The translations under genes were made by a program, and so were the position numbers. From positions 6,620-70,619 of the forward strand of contig JAGZNE010000001.1 in NCBI GenBank assembly GCA_018363825.1: 64,000 nt of DNA, given 5' to 3'. Position 1 is the first letter of the stretch. Each line of letters starts with the position of its first letter. Of the stretch, positions 31,589 to 40,601 are shown one piece after another. This stretch comes from Atopobium sp. GTDB lineage: Bacteria > Actinomycetota > Coriobacteriia > Coriobacteriales > Atopobiaceae. The notes beneath the pieces are model-generated. The model was not told the origin of the DNA and made no database searches. It saw only the letters and a list, made by a program, of their open reading frames with translations.

Positions 31589-32917
31589 CTAAATTCCAAG
31601 ATCCATTTCTTCAAGAAGCGCCTCATCCTCTTCAGACAAAATGCTGCTTGAATTCTCTTGTTCTTTCTCAATAAATCTCTGCTCATAAGCTTTGAAAAAC
31701 GGATACCAAAGAGCAATAGACAGTATCATCTGAACTGCGTTAACTACAATCGATCTCCAGTCAAAGTTTGTCAAGAATCCTTCAAAGAAGACTCCGACAT
31801 AAGGTGGTGTAAAGAACGATTTACCCATTAAGCCAAGCCATTGAGCCCAGCCACCGAGCGATCCAATAATTCCTCCACCAATGACATATGGAATAAAGTA
31901 GAACGGATTGAGAACAATTGGAGCGCCAAACAAAATTGGCTCGTTGATTCCAAACAAAGCTGGAATAAATGCTACTCGTCCGATTTTCTTAAGCGCATCA
32001 GACTTAGAGAGCATGCACCAAAGAACAAGACCAAAGGTAACTCCAGTACCGGTGAAATTACCAAATGCAGACTCAGGTCCAGGACAGAAGAAGTGCGTAA
32101 GTGGAAGTCCTGCTTGATAATTTGCAATATTTTCCGCCAGGAATTGAGTAGAAATTGGACTTGTAATTGGGCTGAGAACAGACGGATGGATACCAAAGAA
32201 GAACAGCAAACAATGGAGCATCTTTAAGAAAGTGTATGCCAATGGATTGTCCATCGAACCAACTAAAGGTGCAAATAGATTTGTAAAAATCAGAGGAGGC
32301 ATTACTCCAAAAACGTTTGTGCACACCAAACGTATTGCTAAAAATACACCAATAATGATGATAGAAATTGGAATCATTTCAAAGGAACGAGAAACAAAGT
32401 CTGGCACAGACTCTGGCATTTTAATGGTGAAGTTGCGCTTTTTGCACCAGCGGAACAATTCGACTGCAACAATAGCTCCAAACATAGATGCAAATAAGCC
32501 CTTAGCGCCTAAGTACTTTGTTACCAAAGTACCGTCTTTTGAAAAATCGACAGCAAGCATCAAAAATGCAATTAACGCCATACTCATGCAGCCAGGTGCA
32601 TCGAGTTCATGCGACTTCGATAGGTGGTACCCAATAAGAACCGAAGCATAAAGCGCCATCATTCCCATTCCAACAGTGTTTGCAAGTTCAATTGCAGAGG
32701 CATTCGCAACAATCCACTGAGAAAGAGGATTTTCCTCACCAATCATGTTTGGAATCGCACCAGGAATCAAACAGAAACTACCAATGATTAGTAGAGGCGT
32801 TAAGCCAACCATAGCTTTTTTAATTGCGCTTAAATGAATTTCCTTATCCATCCAATTTGCTACAGGAGTTAAATAGCGGTCAATTACCGCTGTAAATCCA
32901 TGAGTATTCTCATTCAT
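31589..32917 (-). CDS. PTS lactose/cellobiose family EIIC permease
   Basis: 442-aa EIIC(Lac/Cel) topology with an acidic C-terminus. Confidence 0.85.
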   Translation of the reverse strand: MNENTHGFTAVIDRYLTPVANWMDKEIHLSAIKKAMVGLTPLLIIGSFCLIPGAIPNMIGEENPLSQWIVANASAIELANTVGMGMMALYASVLIGYHLSKSHELDAPGCMSMALIAFLMLAVDFSKDGTLVTKYLGAKGLFASMFGAIVAVELFRWCKKRNFTIKMPESVPDFVSRSFEMIPISIIIIGVFLAIRLVCTNVFGVMPPLIFTNLFAPLVGSMDNPLAYTFLKMLHCLLFFFGIHPSVLSPITSPISTQFLAENIANYQAGLPLTHFFCPGPESAFGNFTGTGVTFGLVLWCMLSKSDALKKIGRVAFIPALFGINEPILFGAPIVLNPFYFIPYVIGGGIIGSLGGWAQWLGLMGKSFFTPPYVGVFFEGFLTNFDWRSIVVNAVQMILSIALWYPFFKAYEQRFIEKEQENSSSILSEEDEALLEEMDLGI

Positions 32918-32922
32918 AATAA

Positions 32923-33264
32923 TTACCCCCTTTCAGAGGCAAGTTCGATTTTCTTTTGTTCAACTAACACTTTTTTGAGTACTGATACGCCGTCCATCTG
33001 ACCATACGTAGCTGTATCAACAACAATTACTGGAATGTTTTTGTCACCCAATGCGTTCTTTACACTCTCAAATTTGTGAGCAATTTGAGGTCCAAGAACA
33101 ACTGCATCGGCATCACTAACCTCCGAGTCTAAAATATCAACTGGAATCGCGATAAACTGGAAGTCAGATTCATTAAGCTTTGGACTTGCTTTTACTCCAG
33201 CTTTCATGGCATCCATAAGCATCGTAGTTGATAAACCACCGGCACAGCAGAGCACAATCTTCAT
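32923..33264 (-). CDS. PTS lactose/cellobiose family EIIB
   Basis: LCCAGGLSTT phospho-Cys loop; 113 aa. Confidence 0.85.
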   Translation of the reverse strand: MKIVLCCAGGLSTTMLMDAMKAGVKASPKLNESDFQFIAIPVDILDSEVSDADAVVLGPQIAHKFESVKNALGDKNIPVIVVDTATYGQMDGVSVLKKVLVEQKKIELASERG

Positions 33265-33309
33265 TTCTTCCTCCCTTTCTTTTTTGGCATTCTTAACGAA
33301 TACACACTG

Positions 33310-33633
33310 TTATTTGCGGTTCTGAATCTCAAAAACATCAACAAGTTCTTCAATCAGATCTCTAGCGAGTTGAGCAGCCATATAGTGATCTTGTGCATGA
33401 GCCATTAAAAGCGTCATTGCAGGACGATCAGCTTCTGGAGTATTGAGCTCGGCTGATATAAGTTCTGTTTGAGCCTTGTGGGCAGCCAAGTCAATCTGTT
33501 TTGCTTGCTCAAGCAGGCTATGAGCTCCTTGGTAATCCCCCTCCTTTACTTTTCTCAATGCTTCAATTGCCTTTGATCTACTCTCCCCTGCTGAAGAAAT
33601 CATCGTGAGGATTTTGATTTCGCTTTCGTTCAT
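33310..33633 (-). CDS. PTS lactose/cellobiose family EIIA
   Basis: 107 aa; helical EIIA(Lac) with the conserved His (AHAQDH). Confidence 0.85.
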   Translation of the reverse strand: MNESEIKILTMISSAGESRSKAIEALRKVKEGDYQGAHSLLEQAKQIDLAAHKAQTELISAELNTPEADRPAMTLLMAHAQDHYMAAQLARDLIEELVDVFEIQNRK

Positions 33634-33666
33634 ACTTAAGCACTTCCCTCTTTCTTCAAATTCCCA

Positions 33667-34695
33667 TTAATTTGTAAGATCTCTTAATACTTCCTCTGTA
33701 AAATTGCTGCAAATTAGCTGAATGACGTGAGCAACAGTTTTTAAATCTTTTAACTGCACAAAAGAGCAACTTCCATGACAATACCTAAGGGGAATACCAA
33801 GTACCATTGCCAATCTTCCTGCGTTAACTAAATGACCCGTTCCAGCATCAGTACCACCACCAGCAAAAATATCTTTCTGGTAAGGAATATTTGCATCTTC
33901 TAAAAGTTTTTGTATGTAAGACAAAAGACGGCGTTTCGGAGCTAATGTTTTATCGTAATAAACCAACATTGGACCAGCGCCTAAGATTCGATGGTTTTTA
34001 AACCCGCTACCAAGTCCAGAATAATTTGCTGTATCAATTGCAACTAATAAATCTGGTTGAACGAGCTCTGTTACAGTTTTTCCTCCTCGTGCCCCTACCT
34101 CTTCACTACTTGTAAAAGCAAAGTAAATGTCACAAGGGTAAGAATCAAAAAGTTCCTTAACTGCCTGTATGAGAACAAAACAACCGGCTCGGTCATCCAT
34201 GGCTTTTCCAGAAACTATTCCGTTTTCATGAACCAATGCATCTGTCGCAAAGTAAACAAAATCACCTTCACTCACGCCTAATACTCGAACATCGTTCTCA
34301 CTAGAGCATCCAATATCCACGTAACTTTCCAAGACCTGATTAGATTTATCCCTAATTGAATTAAGTACGCCACGAACTTTTCCTTGAGAGGTATGAATGC
34401 GAACAAGCTGCATATCCTTGCTCGTATTTACAACATTTCCGATTGGCATTACATATAACAAGCCATCATCAGAAATAGATCTGACAATAAAGCCAACTTC
34501 ATCCATATGAGCCATAAACATAATTTTTGGAGATCCGCTTGGACCGGGCTTATGAAAAATAAGGCTACCAAGTCCGTCTCTAAAAGTTTCACTTAAATAC
34601 TTAGCGCACTCGACTTGTATCAATTCACGGACTTCGTCCTCATTACCGGCCAACGCATCAGAGTTACTTAGCTTTACAAGAAGATCAACATCCAT
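33667..34695 (-). CDS. M42 family aminopeptidase (FrvX/CelM-like)
   Basis: 342 aa; M42 metal-binding blocks (MAHMDEVGF, SSEEVG). Confidence 0.85.
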   Translation of the reverse strand: MDVDLLVKLSNSDALAGNEDEVRELIQVECAKYLSETFRDGLGSLIFHKPGPSGSPKIMFMAHMDEVGFIVRSISDDGLLYVMPIGNVVNTSKDMQLVRIHTSQGKVRGVLNSIRDKSNQVLESYVDIGCSSENDVRVLGVSEGDFVYFATDALVHENGIVSGKAMDDRAGCFVLIQAVKELFDSYPCDIYFAFTSSEEVGARGGKTVTELVQPDLLVAIDTANYSGLGSGFKNHRILGAGPMLVYYDKTLAPKRRLLSYIQKLLEDANIPYQKDIFAGGGTDAGTGHLVNAGRLAMVLGIPLRYCHGSCSFVQLKDLKTVAHVIQLICSNFTEEVLRDLTN

Positions 34696-36580
34696 CTTTA
34701 CTGACCTCCATCTTTTTTATCTGATTTATAAATTCTTCAGCACTTTTACAAGACTCAAGCAGTGAAATTTCTTCTTGGTTATTCATTAGTGAAAATAAAG
34801 AAGTACTAATAGCTTTATAAGCCTCAATGGATTGTTTGGTTAGACATATAAGAAAAATAACTCTAACCTCTTTTTCCTTTTTATTCCTGTTAATACGAAC
34901 CGCTATTGCATCCCGTATTCCGTGAGGCTCTACAGGATGGGGTGCGCAAATACCATTCAAAAAAATCGTGTTAGAAAACTTCTCCCGCACTTTGACAGAA
35001 TTGACGAACTCTTCATCTGCATATCCAAGGCGTACACAATCAATACACGCTTCATAGACTATATCTTGATACGTATTTTGATCAGAAACAGCAAAAAGCT
35101 CGGGTTCTATCAGAGAAGATAAAGTGTATTTTGTTCCACAATCTTGGTTTACATCATAATTACTATGTCGAACAGCATTACTAATAGCAGAAAGATCAGA
35201 GGAACTTAAAATCTCATTTATATAGATTGTTGGAGCACAAGGCTTTTCTAGCAATGGGACCATGGATATTATTAAATCTGGATTCAATTCTACAAGCACT
35301 CTTTGGTCCAAATAAGACACTGTATCAATTTGGGCATTTGGGAATATACCGCTAAGCTGCATTTTCACAAGTGTGGCAGATCCTCCGCCAGTTGCACAAA
35401 CAACAACGATATGAGCAATGCTAAAAAGACGATTCTGACGTGTTCTTTCCTCATGAGCAATAAAATGCATTGCAATCAAAAATACTTCGTCTTGTGTTGG
35501 TTCTACACCAAAATTACTATAAATTTTTTCACACAACTGAACAGCAAAATCCATGCTGAGCGAATTTCCTAATTCACTTTTTTCAGCAAATGAAATAGTA
35601 ACTGTTTTCCCAGCAAGTAATCTTTTCACAAGAAGTGCTATATGTGCTTCTAACATTTCTACGAACGTCTTATCCTCTAAAAAAGACGTTTGATACTCCT
35701 CATCAATACCTGTGAGAAATGAAATAATAACCGGGCTTACTTCTGAGATAGCTGTAGTAGGAGCATCTTCTAGACTCGGAAGCTGTCCCAACGCTTTTGC
35801 AATGCATAAAACATCTACCTTGGTAAGCTTTAGACCAAGTTTCTTATAGATCTCCTCAGAAATTAATTCTGCTAAATCAAGGAATTTAATTGGAGTAAGA
35901 CTTAACTCTCGCTCCTCGTTTGTATCTCTCACAATATTAGCTGCGCAAATAGTTACAAAGGCACAAAGAGCGCAAAAATCTTCATATCTAAGATTTCTTC
36001 CAATCTTAGAAAGGCATGAGAGAAGAATGGTCGATATTTTTTCTTCTTTATCAATAGATTCTCTAATTGCGGAAACTGTTAAAGGCGATCCTGCCAAAAG
36101 AGATCTAGCTAAAAAGAAACGAATGTCATCCGGTTTTCCGACTGCACGTGTGCCATGATGGCGAGTACGTTGAATGTCGATTCCAAAATTTGAGCCTATT
36201 CGGGATGCTTCTTGAAGAGCCATATTCACTACCGGAACACTCAAATCAAAATTGACTGCAAGATCTTCTGCACTTACAAATCCCCCCGAAAGGACCAAAG
36301 CTTGAAGAATAGTTTTTGATCGTTCAGATGGCTCTATAAACTCTGAGTGAGATAAAAAATCTAAAAAGGAAGTAAATAAATCTGAATCTTTTACTAATAG
36401 GCGTATTCCTTTGCCTCGTTCAGACACAATCTGAAAACCATGATTATGTTGGGTAGAACGTAAATCTGATAAGTCTGATTGAACAGTGCGCTCTGAGACA
36501 TTAAATTCATGAGCGAGCTGTGAGACAGAAATAGCCTCTGATGTCCTACTAAGCTGATTTAATAACCTGCTAGTACGCAC
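34685..36580 (-). CDS. PRD-containing transcriptional regulator (BglG/LicR/MtlR type: HTH, PRDs, EIIB-like and EIIA-like domains)
   Basis: 631 aa. N-terminal HTH, two PRD-like regions, and a C-terminal segment with a PTS EIIB(Gat)-like Cys region (VVCATGGGSATL). Confidence 0.8.
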   Translation of the reverse strand: MRTSRLLNQLSRTSEAISVSQLAHEFNVSERTVQSDLSDLRSTQHNHGFQIVSERGKGIRLLVKDSDLFTSFLDFLSHSEFIEPSERSKTILQALVLSGGFVSAEDLAVNFDLSVPVVNMALQEASRIGSNFGIDIQRTRHHGTRAVGKPDDIRFFLARSLLAGSPLTVSAIRESIDKEEKISTILLSCLSKIGRNLRYEDFCALCAFVTICAANIVRDTNEERELSLTPIKFLDLAELISEEIYKKLGLKLTKVDVLCIAKALGQLPSLEDAPTTAISEVSPVIISFLTGIDEEYQTSFLEDKTFVEMLEAHIALLVKRLLAGKTVTISFAEKSELGNSLSMDFAVQLCEKIYSNFGVEPTQDEVFLIAMHFIAHEERTRQNRLFSIAHIVVVCATGGGSATLVKMQLSGIFPNAQIDTVSYLDQRVLVELNPDLIISMVPLLEKPCAPTIYINEILSSSDLSAISNAVRHSNYDVNQDCGTKYTLSSLIEPELFAVSDQNTYQDIVYEACIDCVRLGYADEEFVNSVKVREKFSNTIFLNGICAPHPVEPHGIRDAIAVRINRNKKEKEVRVIFLICLTKQSIEAYKAISTSLFSLMNNQEEISLLESCKSAEEFINQIKKMEVSKDGC

Positions 36581-36682
36581 CTTTCCGCCTCCCCCAACAT
36601 TAATTGTCTTAAGCGTAAAGATTTTTATAAGGCTAGTAAAACATCAAAGTTGCACTTTATTGTGCAGAAAAGTTCATTATTC

Positions 36683-36723
36683 GGTTAAAAGAACGACTCT
36701 AGCGGTAAACGCTAGAGTCGTTC
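36683..36723 (-). terminator. Rho-independent terminator downstream of the MmeI-family gene (minus strand)
   Basis: Perfect 14-bp stem gaacgactctagcg / cgctagagtcgttc, with a T-tract on the minus strand. Confidence 0.6.
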
Positions 36724-36771
36724 CAAAATATCATTTATCTAATTAAACACTAAGTTTTGGCGGAAATCTAA

Positions 36772-39570
36772 TTACTTCTCTTTCACCTTCTCAGCATATA
36801 ATTTAAAAAGATGCGCAACTATCTTTTCTTCATCACCATTAAAGTCAACTCCATATGCAGCTTCAACTGCAGCGTCGAGCGCCTTGTGAGCGGCCAGTAG
36901 GTCCGCTGGCATCAGTTGCGGGTCATAAAGGATTGCGAGCGAATCACCGGGATGGTTCTCGCGGACATCCAGCACGTCTTGCGCACAGGCTTCGATAGTC
37001 TCACGCTGCTCGGACGTGGGGTCGGGCCAGATGAAGTTGTTGTAGACCATATCTTTTGAATAACGGTAATCGCTCTTCATGCGACCAGCGGTTTCCGAAA
37101 CCCATAGGTTGTGCATGCGACTCATCAATACCGCAAAAGTGTAGATGGTAGCATTGTCAACAAAGAAGCACGCATTCGTATAAACGCACTTGGCTGGCAT
37201 GAAGCACATCGGGATATAACGACGTCTGCTGGATGAGACAACAGGTATGACTACGCTTTTTCCAGTAGGAACTTGCGATTGGAAAAACTTGGTCGGGGTG
37301 TCCTTCAATACATTCGTCGTTGGCTTATCGCTGTTCGCCCGATAGTCACGTACGCGATGAACCCTCTCGAGAACAAAAGGCATTTGCTCAATCTTTTCGA
37401 TTGAGCACTTCTCCAGATACAAGCAGTATTTTGGTTCAGCTCCATTCAACAAATCACGAGCGTTCCAATATTGATAAACATAAGGCTCCGCATTAGGCTC
37501 GTTCGCCAAAAACATATCCCTTTCTTCCTGCGACGGTAAAACAAAACCTCCTCCGTCAATGAGCTGAGCGCCTTTCTTTATCTCCTGAACATCACACAAA
37601 GGCTCACGAGCTTTCTCGACAACAACACTTGTATTTGACTGCAAATATTGATTTATGGATGCACATTCATCCAAAGAGCCGTCCTCTCGCACCAATCGCT
37701 TTACCGCTTGCTCAGTATAAGAGAACCCAACAATGACCACATGAACATGCGCCTTGTCTTGTGCCTCACTTGTCCAATTGAAGGTCTGCTGACCGAAATT
37801 GATATGCATCTTTGCCTTATCAAGCAAATACCCCCAAATCAAAGAGGCTTGCAGACCCTGGCAAATCGAATTAGTAGAAACGAAAGCAGCTTCAATTGAC
37901 TGATTATCCCTCATGTAATTCGACGATTTGAAATACCAGCAGCTTACATAATCAAGCTGCTTATTCTTCTTAAACGGGATGACAGCATCCATGTCAGACT
38001 TGTTCGATGCAGTTAAAAACTTCATTCCTACAAATGGCGGATTACCCATAATGTAGTTGCATTCAGCTGCTGGTAATACACTATTCCAGTCAATGCGTAG
38101 AGCATTGCCTTCAACAATATGAGCCTTTTCACTTAAGGGGAAATCATCTCCACCAGCATCATAGAACATTGATGTTTCACCATTTGCTTTAAGGCGGCTA
38201 ATCCAAAGGGCGGTCTCAGCAACAGTTACAGCAAAATCATTAATCTCAATGCCATAAAACTGACTCAAAGAAACACGCTTTCCTGTCTCTTCTTCATCTC
38301 CAAGGCTAAGGCCAGTTTGTCCTTTTCTAAGCTCATTAAGAACCGTATCTTCCAACTTACGAAGGCATGTATAGGTCTCAGTAAGGAAATTACCTGAACC
38401 GCAAGCAGGGTCAAAGAAAGTAAGTGAACAAATCTTCTCGTGAAAACGCCTAAGAGCATTTTCGCGTTTACGAGGAGTTGTTCCTTCTTCAGCGCAAATA
38501 GACTTAAGTTCTTCTTTAAGGTCATCTAAAAAGAGTGGATCAATTACCTTATGAATATTTTCTGGCGAGGTATAGTGCATGCCGCCAGAACGTCTAGTCT
38601 CTGGATTCAGAGTTGACTCAAAAATACCACCAAAGATAGTCGGGCTAATCTGTGACCAATCAATATGGGAAGATACTTCATCCAACAAGAAGCTCTTTGT
38701 TTCATCTGTAAAATTAGGAACTTCAGATTCATCTCTGAAAAGCCCACCATTTACATACGGGAATGCTTTTACTTCAAGATCATACGGATCTCGATCAGAC
38801 AGATTGGTATCCAGCGCACGGAATAAATTCTTAAGTGCTGTTCTAATTCTGCTTGCTGGGACATCTTTCAGATAGTTATAAAAAGCATCTTTTCCAAAAA
38901 GACCCGCATCTTCGCAATAAAGGCAAAATACCAAGCGCACACAAAGTACGTTTAGTGCATGCATCGACTCTTCTGAATCAGGATTCATGTATCCTTCACG
39001 CAGTTTGTCATAAAGCTTTCCAATGAGCTCACCAGCTTTAATGGATACGGTCTTTTCTTTTTCAAGACGACTGTTAGTAGGGTCATTAATAAAAGCAAGG
39101 TACTCTGGATGATTTGCAAGTTCATCAAGAGTGAACTCAAATGCGTTATTAGGAAGTTGTGACCTTCCGTATGCATCGCGGTCATACACTCTAAAGGTAG
39201 AGAAATTGCACGTAATGACGAATCGAGGTTGCTCTAACCTGGGAAGCTCGTCAACATAATCAAGCGCTTGAGTTAAAGGTGTCTTTTGTTTACCTTGACG
39301 GAGCTCTTCTTTATCTAAATCAATTCCAAGAGCCTTTTGCTCAATTAAGACACCAGCATCGGGAATCCATACATCTATAAATCCGCCAGATGAGACATGG
39401 AATTCAAAGAGAACGTCATCTACTTTTGAATAGCCAATAGTGCGTAAGAGCTGTAACCAAAATTGCTGAGTATCTCCCTTTTCATACCCTCTACCTTGCC
39501 AACGGGAGACAAATTCTAGAAGCTCTTTCTTATCACAGGGCATGCTCTTACTCACTTTCAAGACTGTCAA
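36772..39570 (-). CDS. MmeI-family Type IIL/IIG restriction-modification enzyme (PD-ExK nuclease + N6-adenine methyltransferase + TRD in one chain)
   Basis: 932 aa. N-terminal PD-x6-EQK nuclease motif (IPDAGVLIEQK), MTase motif I FFDPACGSGNFL and motif IV IMGNPPFVG. Close block-wise resemblance to MmeI (919 aa) as recalled. Confidence 0.88.
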   Translation of the reverse strand: MTVLKVSKSMPCDKKELLEFVSRWQGRGYEKGDTQQFWLQLLRTIGYSKVDDVLFEFHVSSGGFIDVWIPDAGVLIEQKALGIDLDKEELRQGKQKTPLTQALDYVDELPRLEQPRFVITCNFSTFRVYDRDAYGRSQLPNNAFEFTLDELANHPEYLAFINDPTNSRLEKEKTVSIKAGELIGKLYDKLREGYMNPDSEESMHALNVLCVRLVFCLYCEDAGLFGKDAFYNYLKDVPASRIRTALKNLFRALDTNLSDRDPYDLEVKAFPYVNGGLFRDESEVPNFTDETKSFLLDEVSSHIDWSQISPTIFGGIFESTLNPETRRSGGMHYTSPENIHKVIDPLFLDDLKEELKSICAEEGTTPRKRENALRRFHEKICSLTFFDPACGSGNFLTETYTCLRKLEDTVLNELRKGQTGLSLGDEEETGKRVSLSQFYGIEINDFAVTVAETALWISRLKANGETSMFYDAGGDDFPLSEKAHIVEGNALRIDWNSVLPAAECNYIMGNPPFVGMKFLTASNKSDMDAVIPFKKNKQLDYVSCWYFKSSNYMRDNQSIEAAFVSTNSICQGLQASLIWGYLLDKAKMHINFGQQTFNWTSEAQDKAHVHVVIVGFSYTEQAVKRLVREDGSLDECASINQYLQSNTSVVVEKAREPLCDVQEIKKGAQLIDGGGFVLPSQEERDMFLANEPNAEPYVYQYWNARDLLNGAEPKYCLYLEKCSIEKIEQMPFVLERVHRVRDYRANSDKPTTNVLKDTPTKFFQSQVPTGKSVVIPVVSSSRRRYIPMCFMPAKCVYTNACFFVDNATIYTFAVLMSRMHNLWVSETAGRMKSDYRYSKDMVYNNFIWPDPTSEQRETIEACAQDVLDVRENHPGDSLAILYDPQLMPADLLAAHKALDAAVEAAYGVDFNGDEEKIVAHLFKLYAEKVKEK

Positions 39571-39636
39571 ATAACCTCTAGGTAAAATCAGGTCTAATTC
39601 GAGTTATCATTAGGTAAGCTATTTGTTCTAAATTTA

Positions 39637-40395
39637 CTAATAACCTATTACTTCACTCTCAACCTCATTAATAATTGCTTCTGGTATTTTATCAACTTCA
39701 ATACGATAAACCTTATTTAACCTTGGATTATAAAATCCTAGATACTTAAGATTATTAAATTCAAGGTGTATTGAATTTAAACCCATTCTCCAATACATAA
39801 GTAGCTGAAGTGTATGTTTTTTCTCAATTGAGCCTTTTAATACCTTAAAGTCCCAAATAGTATCTATCGTTGTAAAATCGCCGTCACCTGAATTAACAGT
39901 TTCGGTATAGCCACCCCTAAACGTAAATCCGTCCAAAACCTTTGGCCCATAAACATCAAAAAAATGAAGAGATCTATTTACCATTGTTCTTACATTTTCA
40001 ATTGTGGCGTTATCGGGTTCTATTTGCTCTACAGGTTTATAAGTAGAGAATCCTGCTCTACGACAAGTATCAAATCCTGTTAATTTCAATGCACTAACAA
40101 TGGAATTATCATCTAATCCCTTAACTTTTTTGAGAAGAGCATCTGCTTCCTTTTCTTTATCAATTAGACGAGCTCCCATTATCGAAATACGAAAAGCATT
40201 GTCAGGAGAAGCTCCTGTCATGAAATGTGTAAGGTATTCCACAGCAGTACCCACAAGATTGGGTTCAATATTTTCTTCTTTATTTAATTCTTCGATGCCG
40301 GATCCAAGAATTAGTTCATCAAAATCTTTAGGTTTAAGATATCCTCCTCTGGGCTGCTTTACTTGACCAACGCGCTGTGTTACAGAACATCCCAT
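39637..40395 (-). CDS. Hypothetical 252-aa protein with a possible PD-(D/E)xK motif (GDGDF-x7-DFK), immediately upstream of and probably co-transcribed with the MmeI-family gene
   Basis: agGAGGg RBS and ATG. No terminator in the 66-bp gap to the MmeI-like gene. AT-rich like the rest of the island. Confidence 0.5.
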   Translation of the reverse strand: MGCSVTQRVGQVKQPRGGYLKPKDFDELILGSGIEELNKEENIEPNLVGTAVEYLTHFMTGASPDNAFRISIMGARLIDKEKEADALLKKVKGLDDNSIVSALKLTGFDTCRRAGFSTYKPVEQIEPDNATIENVRTMVNRSLHFFDVYGPKVLDGFTFRGGYTETVNSGDGDFTTIDTIWDFKVLKGSIEKKHTLQLLMYWRMGLNSIHLEFNNLKYLGFYNPRLNKVYRIEVDKIPEAIINEVESEVIGY

Positions 40396-40520
40396 AATGA
40401 CCCTCCTAAACCTAAATTTTAATGATGCCCCACAATCTTACTGCGATCTTACCTGCAGTTATTAATCTTTACATACTTTTAGGTAAACGATTTATAATCA
40501 GCTCTCAAAGAACGTTTGCT

Positions 40521-40560
40521 TAAAAAAGACCAAGCAGGAAACAAAGTTCCTGCTTGGTCT
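40521..40560 (-). terminator. Rho-independent terminator downstream of the ABC substrate-binding protein gene (minus strand)
   Basis: 14-bp stem agaccaagcaggaa / ttcctgcttggtct, with an A-tract on the plus strand (T-tract on minus). Confidence 0.6.
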
Positions 40561-40601
40561 CTGCAGTACACATATTTAAATGGTACGTATGTCAAATACG
40601 T

